From contig JBAZCF010000008.1 of the NCBI GenBank assembly GCA_041671045.1, positions 16,762 to 80,761 on the forward strand: a stretch of DNA of 64,000 nucleotides, given 5' to 3'. Each line of letters opens with the position of its first letter. Positions within the stretch are counted from its first letter, which is position 1. The notes beneath the pieces were generated by a model. That model did not search any database and was not told the DNA's origin. It saw only the letters and a program-made list of their open reading frames with translations. Shown in pieces: positions 18,351-27,513 of this stretch. Source of the DNA: Parachlamydiales bacterium. Lineage in GTDB: Bacteria > Chlamydiota > Chlamydiia > Chlamydiales > JABDDJ01. The translations under genes and the position numbers were made by a program.

Positions 18351-18664
18351 TCAAGAAAATTACATCCTTTGCTTCGGCTATTTTCATTGCATATCCTATT
18401 TACTTATTGGGTTGGGATTGGGATGCAACGGATACAACCCGCTTTGCAAAGGGAGAAAAGCTCTTTATATACCATCCCAACGATATTTTACTGCCTTTTG
18501 ATGCCAATATGGCTTCCTGTTGCTCGGAAAATGAGCGCTTAAGCTTAGACCCTAAAGAAAAAGGTCTTTCCACACATTTTAGTACGCTTCAAGAAAAGGT
18601 AACATCTTCGGGTCAGTCTGCTGCAAAAGCAGTTGCTGATTTTCTTATCCCAATAGCGCCTTAA
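18347..18664 (+). CDS. alpha/beta hydrolase, C-terminal part (candidate Asp/His region), separate frame
   Basis: LFIYHPNDILLP resembles the acid-residue strand of alpha/beta hydrolases; GTGA overlap with preceding ORF. Confidence 0.45.
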   Translation: MIKKITSFASAIFIAYPIYLLGWDWDATDTTRFAKGEKLFIYHPNDILLPFDANMASCCSENERLSLDPKEKGLSTHFSTLQEKVTSSGQSAAKAVADFLIPIAP

Positions 18665-18843
18665 AAATAGCCTTCTACACTCTCCTTTAAGATCAACTAA
18701 TCACTCAAGCCTTATAAATAGCGCTAGGTCATATCTCAATATATAGAGTCTAAAACCCTATTCTTTCTTTCTCTTCATTGCTTGTATATAACTTAGCATG
18801 CGTGTAAATTTAAATTTTATGTTTTAACAATAAGGAGTGTTAC

Positions 18844-19842
18844 GTGACACTTGTGGACATAATCCCGACCGAATCCTACGATACCCATTCTCGTTCTGAA
18901 AGTGTACGCCGATGGGGCAGTTCTTACTCTACAGCCTTACTTGATCCGCGTTGTCTGACATTTTCTGTACCTAGTGTTGAAGGAGTGATAGGTTACCGCA
19001 AAGAGAACAATTGTGCTGTTGTCTTTGGCGAGCCTGTATGTCCTCCTGAATCACGGGAAATCTTAGTTAAAACCTTTCATCAACATTGCAAAGAACATGG
19101 ATGGCGTGTCATTTATCTCATATCCTCACAGGAATTTCGCGACTGGGCATTTGCGAATCATATTTGCAGGGGTTCAGTGCATTTGACCGAGGAGTTAGTT
19201 ATCAATCCGCAGTTTGATGCGACAGTAGGATCAAAAGGCCATCTTCTCCGAAAGAAGTTAAATCATTCCACAGGCGAGGGAGTTTCAGTCCAAGAGTATG
19301 TAGATATAAATCCTGTGTTAGAAAAGGATATTGAAACAGTAGCGAATATTTGGTTGAAAGGAAGAAAAGGGTTACAAATTTATCTGGCCGATTTTGAGCT
19401 TTTTTCCGACCGTAAAGGTAAAAGATGGTTTTATGCATCTCAGAAGGGTCGTGTCATCGGAGTATTATTTCTCAATCAACTGGAAGCGCACAAGGGGTGG
19501 CTGCTTAACATGCAAATGGCAGTTCCCGAGGCACCGAATGGGACAACCGAGGCCCTTGTTTTAAAAGCGGTACAGATATTGCGAGAAGAGGGTTGCAGCT
19601 ATTTAACTTTGGGGACTGCTTTGTCAGAAAATGAGGGGACTTTTGTAGGATTTGGAAAAATATCCTCTTGGCTTGGTCAATCTGTTCTGAAGGGAGTAAG
19701 GTACTTTTTTCCATTGGATAAGAGAAGAAAGTATTGGGAGAAGTTCCAAGTAAAGAAAGAACCGACTTATCAATTATTCGAGAAACCGCAGATCGGTATA
19801 AAAGAAATTATAGGGGTGATGCGTATCATTACGACAAAATAG
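18844..19842 (+). CDS. hypothetical protein, possibly DUF2156 / aminoacyl-phosphatidylglycerol synthase C-terminal-like
   Basis: 332 aa, GTG start; weak recall-based resemblance only. Confidence 0.4.
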   Translation: MTLVDIIPTESYDTHSRSESVRRWGSSYSTALLDPRCLTFSVPSVEGVIGYRKENNCAVVFGEPVCPPESREILVKTFHQHCKEHGWRVIYLISSQEFRDWAFANHICRGSVHLTEELVINPQFDATVGSKGHLLRKKLNHSTGEGVSVQEYVDINPVLEKDIETVANIWLKGRKGLQIYLADFELFSDRKGKRWFYASQKGRVIGVLFLNQLEAHKGWLLNMQMAVPEAPNGTTEALVLKAVQILREEGCSYLTLGTALSENEGTFVGFGKISSWLGQSVLKGVRYFFPLDKRRKYWEKFQVKKEPTYQLFEKPQIGIKEIIGVMRIITTK

Positions 19843-19959
19843 AATTGCCCCCCTTGGTGGATATATATATATTGACTTCACTTTGTGGGCTTATCTGGCT
19901 ATACTCACATAAAACGATGTTGTAGCTTTGAAGATCTTACAATGCTAGCTAAGGTGCAT

Positions 19960-20403
19960 ATGAGAATAGCAATCAGCTCAGACGATTACACGCCGCTTAT
20001 CGACTTCCTATTAGAAGAGCTTAAACTCCGGGGGCATCAAGGAATCTATTTTGGACCAGGTAAAGATGAAAAGTCTATAGACTGGCCTCTTGTTACGTCA
20101 CAGGCAGTTAATGAAATCATTGATGGACGAGCAGATGAGGGTATTGTACTTTGCTGGACAGGTACCGGGTGTTCGATTGTTGCCAATAAGAAAGCCGGCA
20201 TACGGGCTGCATTGTGTGTAGATGCTGAAACAGCAAAAGGGGCCCGCACTTGGAACCATGCGAATGTCTTAGCTCTAAGTATCCGCCACACGTCCCTTCC
20301 TATACTTAAAGAAATACTTGCTGCATGGTTTGAGACTCCTTTCAGCACTGATGAATGGAATTTGCTGCAGATGTCGCGCATCCAAAAGCTAGAAAGTCTG
20401 TAG
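19960..20403 (+). CDS. rpiB: ribose-5-phosphate isomerase B (RpiB/LacAB family)
   Basis: MRIAISSDDY..., GIVLCWTGTGCSIVANK, NVLALS; start set to ATG 19960 (AAGGTG upstream, gives typical ~147 aa). Confidence 0.85.
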   Translation: MRIAISSDDYTPLIDFLLEELKLRGHQGIYFGPGKDEKSIDWPLVTSQAVNEIIDGRADEGIVLCWTGTGCSIVANKKAGIRAALCVDAETAKGARTWNHANVLALSIRHTSLPILKEILAAWFETPFSTDEWNLLQMSRIQKLESL

Positions 20404-20458
20404 CTTCAGGCGACTGTTTTCCAAAGCTATGTTTGCTGAAAATCAATAAACCGGCCCC

Positions 20459-21334
20459 TTATAGGGCTTTGTGCGTAATTTTATGACCGTTGCGGATAAT
20501 AATCATACCGGCTATCGCTACTAGGAGTATCCCTAGTAAATCTGATAGGGGCGGTACATTATCCCAGAACATCCACTCAATTAATCCGACAAAAACAATG
20601 CTGCTATATTGGTAGACTCCAATCTGTGAAGCATCGGCATAATGGTATCCTTTGATCAATGCAAGTTGAGCAATGACCAGCATGAGCCCGCTGATAATTG
20701 CATATATGCTGCCTTCTAGGGTGGGATAACCCTCTGCAAAATAAAGAAGAGGAGCTTGAACAAGTGTACCGATGCCTAGATAGTAGAAGATAATCCGAAT
20801 ACCCGGATCGGTATTTGTTAGGAGCTTCATGAGAAGATAGGCGATAGCTAATGACATGCCGGAAGCTAGTCCGACGAGGTTGCCGGTTTGCGTAAAGATA
20901 GCGGCTGTAGGTTTAATAATAATGATGATGCCTATGAAGCCGATGAGAACGGCAAGCCATAGACTTTTCTCTAATCTTGCCTTTAGAAATATTATTGAAA
21001 GCAAGGGGATAAAAATGGGGGCGGTATTGAAGAGCAGCGTTCCGTTGACGATCGGTATGTATTGAATGGAGATCGTATAGAGGAAGCTTGCCGCAGTCCC
21101 AAAAAGGGCCCGACCAATTAGAAAAGGGTAGTGTTCTGATTTTAAGTATTCTAAGCCATATGTGGCTATAAACGGAACCAGCACTAAGGTTCCTGTAAGA
21201 TAGGCCAAAAAACTCACCCAGACAACAGGACTTGATTCCAGGCCCATTTTAGCAAGAATACCAAACACAGCCATGCAAAAGAACGCAACGATAGCGTATA
21301 GGCTTCCTGTGATAATATTCGGCGACTCTTGCAT
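20459..21334 (-). CDS. EamA/DMT-family transporter
   Basis: 291 aa, ~10 hydrophobic segments in two halves. Confidence 0.7.
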   Translation of the reverse strand: MQESPNIITGSLYAIVAFFCMAVFGILAKMGLESSPVVWVSFLAYLTGTLVLVPFIATYGLEYLKSEHYPFLIGRALFGTAASFLYTISIQYIPIVNGTLLFNTAPIFIPLLSIIFLKARLEKSLWLAVLIGFIGIIIIIKPTAAIFTQTGNLVGLASGMSLAIAYLLMKLLTNTDPGIRIIFYYLGIGTLVQAPLLYFAEGYPTLEGSIYAIISGLMLVIAQLALIKGYHYADASQIGVYQYSSIVFVGLIEWMFWDNVPPLSDLLGILLVAIAGMIIIRNGHKITHKAL

Positions 21335-21418
21335 GGTCTCTTACATCCTAATGGATTATAGAAGCAGCATAGAGCGGCACGGTTGTGCACCTGTGCCGTC
21401 GTTGCAGTCTTACCTCAT

Positions 21419-22408
21419 TTATACTGTAACAACAATTTTACCAAACTGTTCGTTCGATTCTAAGTAACGGTGAGCCTCGACAATATCATCTAGTTTGAAA
21501 GTCTTGGCAATGACAGGCTTTAGGGCTCCTGACGTCAGTGAATCCAGAACATAATGTATAGCTTTATCTAATTGTTCTTTCTGATTGATGAGTTCAAAAA
21601 GAACATATCCACGCATTGTCAGCCCTTTCTTAAGCGATTCAAATAGTGGGTAAGGTGTAGGGTCTGAACTTAGGGCGCCGTACTCGATAAGAATGCCGCC
21701 TGCTGCCATACCTTTAGCAAGCTCTAAAACAGTTTTCCCACCTACAGGATCAAAGACGATACGAGCGCCTTTATTATTTGTAATCTCTAAGAGTTTCTCA
21801 GAAAGATTTTCTTCTTCCGTAGCGATAACGTACTTTGCCCCTACCTTTTCTAGTGCTTGTTTTTTCTTTGAAGTACGTGTAGTGGCAATGGGAATAGCTC
21901 CTACACTATTGCAAAGCTGAATAGATGCGATGCCTACGCTGCTGGACGCGGCAGGAATAACAACATAATCGCCTTTAGCCATTTTAGCTATATTGAATAG
22001 TGCACCGTAAGCTGTCAGATACTGCATCCAAAGGGCGGATGCCTCTACAAAACTTATCGAGGTGGGGTGTTTAATGACATGTGATGCCGGGACTATTGCA
22101 GATTCGCCATAAACCCCATATTTTCCTTGACTGGGGGGAGGAACGATGCTGACAGTGTCACCGCGATTAATACCTTTGACATCCTCACCAATGGCATCGA
22201 CAATACCTGCAGCTTCGTAGCCAAGCCTTGATGGAAACTGCGGCTGTTCTAGATATTTCCCTGAACGGAACATTGCTTCTGCCCGATTCAGCCCTAAAGC
22301 TTTCACCAGTATGCGCACCTCACCTTGTCCGGGTTCAGCGACATCGATCGTTTCGATCTCTAAAACTTCGGGTCCCCCGGTTTTATTAAAGCGTACAACG
22401 CGACTCAT
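21419..22408 (-). CDS. qor: NADPH:quinone oxidoreductase / zinc-type alcohol dehydrogenase-like (MDR superfamily)
   Basis: MSRVVRFNKTGGPEVLEIE, VIPAASSSVGIASIQL; start set to ATG 22408 preceded by AGGAG. Confidence 0.85.
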   Translation of the reverse strand: MSRVVRFNKTGGPEVLEIETIDVAEPGQGEVRILVKALGLNRAEAMFRSGKYLEQPQFPSRLGYEAAGIVDAIGEDVKGINRGDTVSIVPPPSQGKYGVYGESAIVPASHVIKHPTSISFVEASALWMQYLTAYGALFNIAKMAKGDYVVIPAASSSVGIASIQLCNSVGAIPIATTRTSKKKQALEKVGAKYVIATEEENLSEKLLEITNNKGARIVFDPVGGKTVLELAKGMAAGGILIEYGALSSDPTPYPLFESLKKGLTMRGYVLFELINQKEQLDKAIHYVLDSLTSGALKPVIAKTFKLDDIVEAHRYLESNEQFGKIVVTV

Positions 22409-22416
22409 AACAGCTC

Positions 22417-23379
22417 CTATTTGGTTGGAAAAACACCCATTTTTTTTGATGCATAAAGCAATATTAGATTTTGAGAGAAAGTCTGCTCGCAAAAACCGAA
22501 CTTTAAACGATTCCATAATTCTTTGTGAAACGGCAAGTATTTGAGCTGAATAAAATTTTCAAATATTTTTTCCTCTTCTGAGCTTAAAGAATTTTTATAC
22601 CTTCTGTAAAAGAGGAAAGCACGGGCGTAGGCTTTTAATATGCGCTGTTGGAAGTTTTCAATCAGTTCGGGATTATGACGCCATTCATCCATAAGCCAAC
22701 TGAAGTTATATTGTCGAGCGCCAACAACATTGCGTTTGTGAAGCCGATAGAGTATTGTGGAGTGATCCAGGGATTTGATCTTGCCTAATACGGTAGCTAC
22801 CAAGGTAAGCCAATAGTCATGCATTCCAGCTTCAAGAGGGATAGGGGTAGCAAGTATGAGAAGTTCCTTGTTAAAAAGCAGTGTGCATCCTAAAAAAGCG
22901 TGCCGGATTAAAAGATGCGGAAGTGAATAACTTTTTTGGGAAATCCCCACATATTTTTTCCAGGAGGCATGTAATTGATTTTCATTTTCATCGATAACGG
23001 TAAGATCGCTAGTGACAAGTAAAGGAAGATCCTTACCAAACTCCTTTTCCAGTTCTTGCATAGCGTGCATTGAATCAGCAATTTTGTCCGGCAGCCAAAT
23101 ATCGTCTTGATCAGCAAGCATAATATAGTCTGCGTCGGAGACTTCCAGTAGACGTGCAAAATTCGCATTAGCACCTACATTATCTTCATAAGGAATATAT
23201 GAAATTTTATCAGGGAATTTCTTCGCATAGTCACTAAGGATGTCCGGTGTTTTGTCAGTGGATGCATCATCTCCAATAATAAGCCTAAAATCAGTCCAGG
23301 ACTGAGTTAAGATAGAGTCCAACTGTCGCTCGATAAAGCGTTGGCCATTATATGTGGCCATGAGGACTTCTAGAGTCAT
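22417..23379 (-). CDS. family 2 glycosyltransferase (rhamnosyltransferase-like)
   Basis: VLMATYNGQRFIERQLDSILTQ, IGDDASTD, ADQDDIW; start set to ATG 23379. Confidence 0.8.
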   Translation of the reverse strand: MTLEVLMATYNGQRFIERQLDSILTQSWTDFRLIIGDDASTDKTPDILSDYAKKFPDKISYIPYEDNVGANANFARLLEVSDADYIMLADQDDIWLPDKIADSMHAMQELEKEFGKDLPLLVTSDLTVIDENENQLHASWKKYVGISQKSYSLPHLLIRHAFLGCTLLFNKELLILATPIPLEAGMHDYWLTLVATVLGKIKSLDHSTILYRLHKRNVVGARQYNFSWLMDEWRHNPELIENFQQRILKAYARAFLFYRRYKNSLSSEEEKIFENFIQLKYLPFHKELWNRLKFGFCEQTFSQNLILLYASKKMGVFPTK

Positions 23380-23544
23380 TATTATCCTTTTTTTATATTG
23401 AACTCGAGAATCGGAATTCAATTGAGTATAAAGACTTTAATTTACTATTTTAAGTCAGCATATTTATTTCAAACAAAATTCGATAGAGTTGAAAAAATTT
23501 GCTAGCTATTATAATTTAGATAAAAAATTAATACGGTAATATTA

Positions 23545-24210
23545 ATGTCAATATACAGATTTGAAACTACAAACGGACCATTCGAGGTTAATTATTTCGT
23601 TATTGAAGGCAAGATAGCTAGATTAGAAAATCATCAAATAGCATTGCTTGCTGACTGTACTGTAGAGGAAGTTAAGCGACAGTGGGGGCTAGTGAAAAAA
23701 ATTTACATAGACATTCCTCAGCAGGATAACATATGGGTACTCACCGAACAGCGCAAGCTATGTAAAATCTATTTAGCCAACATACATCATAAGCATTATA
23801 GTGATCGCTACAAGCCGATGGAAGAAGCATTCCCCTACAAATCGTTAAATTCAATTTTAGGAATGTGTAGTTTACTATTGATCAAACAAAAGGAGTTATT
23901 GAAGGTTGTTACATCACTTGAAGCACCTTTACCAGCATTTAAAATCCCTGTGCTTCCTGAAAAGAGTAACAAAATCAGCGAAATTTCCTCTGCCATTACT
24001 AAACCTAAAAGAAAGGAAAACTGGTCTGAAATTGACCTACTTAAGCTTTATTCAATTATGATTGATGAGACACTGTCTCTAGAAAAAAGATCCTTTAAAG
24101 CTGCCTCATTTTTAGATAATCGTACCCCAACAGGATGCCGAAAAGCGTGGTTTAATCATAGAGATCATTTAATACGGAAATACGGAAAAGATGCTGACCT
24201 TGAAGCCTGA
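23545..24210 (+). CDS. hypothetical protein with C-terminal Myb/SANT-like repeat
   Basis: 221 aa; NWSEIDLLKLY...SFKAASFLDNRTPTGCRKAWFNH. Confidence 0.5.
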   Translation: MSIYRFETTNGPFEVNYFVIEGKIARLENHQIALLADCTVEEVKRQWGLVKKIYIDIPQQDNIWVLTEQRKLCKIYLANIHHKHYSDRYKPMEEAFPYKSLNSILGMCSLLLIKQKELLKVVTSLEAPLPAFKIPVLPEKSNKISEISSAITKPKRKENWSEIDLLKLYSIMIDETLSLEKRSFKAASFLDNRTPTGCRKAWFNHRDHLIRKYGKDADLEA

Positions 24211-24268
24211 GAAGCTTCCAAATGTTAAAAGGCTCGTTGTAAATCACCTACGACAAGTCGAGGGCTCT

Positions 24269-24290
24269 GAAAGCGACGTAAGTCGCCTTC
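24269..24290. terminator. weak hairpin between convergent genes (9-bp stem, one mismatch)
   Basis: GAAAGCGAC gtaa GTCGCCTTC. Confidence 0.3.
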
Positions 24291-24333
24291 CTCCTACACC
24301 AGCAGAACGTTTGAGAGAAAAGAAGAACACCAC

Positions 24334-25122
24334 CTATCTCTTGAAATGATCTAACAAAAAGTCTGCAATTTGCTGAGGATTTTCCTGAACACTTGCATGG
24401 CCGCTATTTAGTTTTTTAAGAGTGGAATTCAGTATCTTATTTGCCAGTTCCATCGATTCAGAAGGCAGCGTGACTAGATCTTGCGTGCCATAAACTACAA
24501 GAGAATGTGTGGAGATGTTTTTTAGGTCTATCTTTTTAGCATCCTTTAAAATTTGAATCTGCCTTTCTTGCCCTTCTAGAGTTTGAGGGAAAGGATTTTG
24601 CAACACAGCTGCTTTCAGTTTTTCTATATTTGATTTATCACTTAGAAATTCATCCCCATAAAACCAAGGGTAGCTGCTTTCGAAAAGGGTATCAAAATCC
24701 ACGCCCTTTTTCCTAAGCTTAAGAAGCGACTCTAAGGCGCACAAAGTGGCTTCGCGCAGTTTAGATGTGGAATTGATAATTGCCATTTTTCCAATCTGCT
24801 GTTCAGCCTTAGCCGCTATTGTTTGTGCAATAGCCCCGCCCATAGAATGACCTACAATATGTGGTTTTATTAAACCTAATTGTTCAATGATTTCCAGCAC
24901 ATCCTCTGTGAGCAGCTGAAGGGATAGCCGCCCCCCTTGGTCTGTGGTCTGGCCAATACCTCTATTATCAAAGGTCAGCAGTGTGAATTTGGCTTTAAGG
25001 TTTTCAACTACAGGCTCCCAAAAAGCGTGATCACAAGAGTAACCAGAAATAAGAACTATGGGCTCCCCTTCTCCGGTCAGTTCATAGTAATAGTTAGCGT
25101 TTCTAAGTTGAATGTGTGTCAT
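24334..25122 (-). CDS. alpha/beta-fold hydrolase
   Basis: 262 aa; GHSMGG nucleophile elbow, HASVQENP near C-terminus. Confidence 0.8.
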   Translation of the reverse strand: MTHIQLRNANYYYELTGEGEPIVLISGYSCDHAFWEPVVENLKAKFTLLTFDNRGIGQTTDQGGRLSLQLLTEDVLEIIEQLGLIKPHIVGHSMGGAIAQTIAAKAEQQIGKMAIINSTSKLREATLCALESLLKLRKKGVDFDTLFESSYPWFYGDEFLSDKSNIEKLKAAVLQNPFPQTLEGQERQIQILKDAKKIDLKNISTHSLVVYGTQDLVTLPSESMELANKILNSTLKKLNSGHASVQENPQQIADFLLDHFKR

Positions 25123-25125
25123 ATG

Positions 25126-25902
25126 TTAGTGGGGGGTTCCAAAGTAACGATCTCCAAAATCACCTAAGCCAGGAACTATGTATTTATTTTCATTTAAGCT
25201 TTCATCTAATGCTGTCAGAGCAACGTTGATTTTTGGATATTTCTGACTTAAGTCCATAAGTCCTTCAGGGGCTGCTATTAATGACGCTATTATAATCTTT
25301 TCTTCAGCTACACCTAGATCTTTCAGTAATGAAACTGTCATATCTATTGTTCCTCCGGTCGCTATCGCAGGCTCCGTGATCACAACGTATCTTCCATTTG
25401 CTATAGAGGGTGAGAGTTTTTTGTATATAAAGCACGGTTTGGCTGTTTCCTCATCTCTTTGTATCAGGATTTTATTGACATTCGCTTTTGGGAAATGTTC
25501 CATGAAAGTTTCAAGAAGAGCATCCCCTGAACGCATGATAGAAACCAGTTCGATTTGAGGATTTACAAATTCGCCTTTACATCTCCCGACCGGCGATTCA
25601 ATCTCTATAGACTTGCTAGGTAGGATTTGAATAACTTTATTGACCAATAGAGCAGCAAGTTTCCGACTGGCGCTTCTAAAATCTTCCATTGAGGTGTTTT
25701 TATCTCTAAGCTGCGTTAAAAGAATTCTTTCATATTTACCGGTTTTAGAGACGCGTAAGATTGGAATGGAGTTAGAGCATTGAATACAACAAGTTTTGGT
25801 AGATTTTTCTGAAGAATTTGCACCTGCACTGAGGCTGGCAGTAAAGGTTAAAAAGCAAAGGGTTAGTAGTGCATTATTTAGTTTCGAAACGGGGGCACTC
25901 AT
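25126..25902 (-). CDS. upp: uracil phosphoribosyltransferase with ~50-aa N-terminal signal-like, Cys-containing extension
   Basis: IMRSGDAL, VVITEPAIATGGT (PRPP loop), YIVPGLGDFGDRYFGT; N-terminus NNALLTLCFLTFTASLSAGA...TCCIQC. Confidence 0.8.
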   Translation of the reverse strand: MSAPVSKLNNALLTLCFLTFTASLSAGANSSEKSTKTCCIQCSNSIPILRVSKTGKYERILLTQLRDKNTSMEDFRSASRKLAALLVNKVIQILPSKSIEIESPVGRCKGEFVNPQIELVSIMRSGDALLETFMEHFPKANVNKILIQRDEETAKPCFIYKKLSPSIANGRYVVITEPAIATGGTIDMTVSLLKDLGVAEEKIIIASLIAAPEGLMDLSQKYPKINVALTALDESLNENKYIVPGLGDFGDRYFGTPH

Positions 25903-25995
25903 TTTTTATCCTCAGTTTTTTCATTGAATTTCATGCTTTAAATAGATAAGAAAATCAAGGAAATTTTATTAATAGGGTAGTTTAAATTTACTATC

Positions 25996-26745
25996 TTGCG
26001 ACATCAGCTATACGAGGATTTTGTGGACTCTCTTCTAAGTTTTGAATCAATCATTGCCTTTTTTACCTTATTTGCTTTAGAGCTTGTCTTGGGCATAGAC
26101 AATATCATTTTCATTTCCATCGTATCCGATAGATTACCGAAGGAAGAGCGTAATTACGCTAGAATTTTAGGTCTATCTCTAGCTGTAATCACACGCTTAG
26201 CTCTGCTTCTGACCTTGTCTTGGATTATTGGTTTGACTGAACCTCTATTTACCGTATTCTCACAACCCATATCCGGCAGGGATCTTATCCTTTTAGCAGG
26301 GGGTCTTTTCCTAATTGCTAAAAGTACTCACGAAATCCACCATAAACTTGAAGACGTAGAGACTGAAGAGCCTAAAGCTAAGATTAAACGTAGTTTTAAG
26401 GGTGTCATCGTACAGATACTCCTTCTTGACATTGTCTTTTCTCTTGACTCGGTGATTACCGCAGTAGGGATGGTCAATCAAATTACTATTATGGCAGCAG
26501 CAGTTATTGCTTCTACAGTGGTGATGATATTTGCATCTAAAAGCATCTCTGAGTTTATAGATCGCCATCCGACGCTAAAAATGCTAGCGTTAAGCTTTCT
26601 TGTTCTGATCGGCGTTACCTTGCTTGTTGAAGGCTTAGGACAGCATATTTCCAAAGGTTATATCTATTTTGCTATGGCCTTTTCGCTAGGCGTGGAAGCG
26701 TTGAATATTCGCCTTAGGAAAAAGAGTGCTGTTAAGTTGAAGTAA
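25996..26745 (+). CDS. TerC-family integral membrane protein
   Basis: LGIDNIIFISIV, LDIVFSLDSVITAVGM; TTG start in ORF track is uncertain. Confidence 0.8.
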   Translation: MRHQLYEDFVDSLLSFESIIAFFTLFALELVLGIDNIIFISIVSDRLPKEERNYARILGLSLAVITRLALLLTLSWIIGLTEPLFTVFSQPISGRDLILLAGGLFLIAKSTHEIHHKLEDVETEEPKAKIKRSFKGVIVQILLLDIVFSLDSVITAVGMVNQITIMAAAVIASTVVMIFASKSISEFIDRHPTLKMLALSFLVLIGVTLLVEGLGQHISKGYIYFAMAFSLGVEALNIRLRKKSAVKLK

Positions 26746-26766
26746 GCAGGTATAAAGTGACAAGCC

Positions 26767-26792
26767 CCGTCAGGCAGCTTTCTGCCGGACGG
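26767..26792. terminator. hairpin between convergent genes (10-bp stem, one mismatch)
   Basis: CCGTCAGGCA gctttc TGCCGGACGG. Confidence 0.4.
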
Positions 26793-26841
26793 AGCTTCTC
26801 TGCGTTCATAATACGCTACACAGACCGTCACATCTACAACG

Positions 26842-27513
26842 TTAATAGTGATACGCTCTATACGGCCTTTCCCTGAACCAAGCTGTAGCTATCCACTTTT
26901 CTCCCTCTAAGACGGGAGCTCCCGCATGTAATGTAGAGGGATCCACCTGTCCGCGGTCATCCGTATCATAAAACAGAATAGCATCCCCTTTTACAGGTGC
27001 AATAGAGATCTTGCTTAAAGGAAACACTGTTTCACCACCTAATTTGGGGCGGTTCAAATAGACGACAAGCGAAATCATCCTCTGCCCACCGAGTTGGGTG
27101 AAAAAACGTCCTCCAGGCAGGTTGGTATTAAAATAGTCGTAGTGCGGCCTGTAAAGTCCGCCAACTTGATAGTTCACGACTTGGATATGTTCGCTATGGG
27201 TAATAGGAAGCCCTGCCGCTTGCGCCATCTTTGCTTCCACTTTTGCTATGATTGGGTCTTGATGAAACGGAGGAAAAAACATGCAGGTGCAGATCCTACC
27301 GGGATTAACCTCATTTATGGAAGTTTTCTCGTTTGCTATGACCGCAGGTTTCAGGTAGGGACGTGAGTACTGAATAAGGTAATCACATTCCTCTTCTGTC
27401 AGGAAGTCTCTAAGCACAAAAAGCTTTGGCTTAAAGGATATTTGGTCTTTCGAATAGGCATCCAGGTTACCTAGAAGCACAATCAATAAAATTTGAAAAA
27501 TGATTTTATGCAT
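26842..27513 (-). CDS. prolyl 4-hydroxylase-like 2OG-Fe(II) oxygenase with signal peptide
   Basis: 223 aa; RPHYDYF (HxD), LHAGAPV, KWIATAWFRE; N-terminal IIFQILLIVLLGNLDA. Confidence 0.8.
   Translation of the reverse strand: MHKIIFQILLIVLLGNLDAYSKDQISFKPKLFVLRDFLTEEECDYLIQYSRPYLKPAVIANEKTSINEVNPGRICTCMFFPPFHQDPIIAKVEAKMAQAAGLPITHSEHIQVVNYQVGGLYRPHYDYFNTNLPGGRFFTQLGGQRMISLVVYLNRPKLGGETVFPLSKISIAPVKGDAILFYDTDDRGQVDPSTLHAGAPVLEGEKWIATAWFRERPYRAYHY

Noticed and set aside
22409-22516. N-terminal 36-codon extension of the quinone oxidoreductase ORF overlapping the glycosyltransferase gene
   Set aside because: The internal ATG at 22408 is preceded by AGGAG and gives the canonical MSRVVRF... start of this enzyme family. 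The extension would overlap the upstream gene by 100 nt.
25903-25995. Possible yybP-ykoY (Mn) riboswitch upstream of the TerC-family gene
   Set aside because: The spacer is only ~90 nt and AT-rich. It has none of the conserved G-rich four-way-junction segments I would expect.
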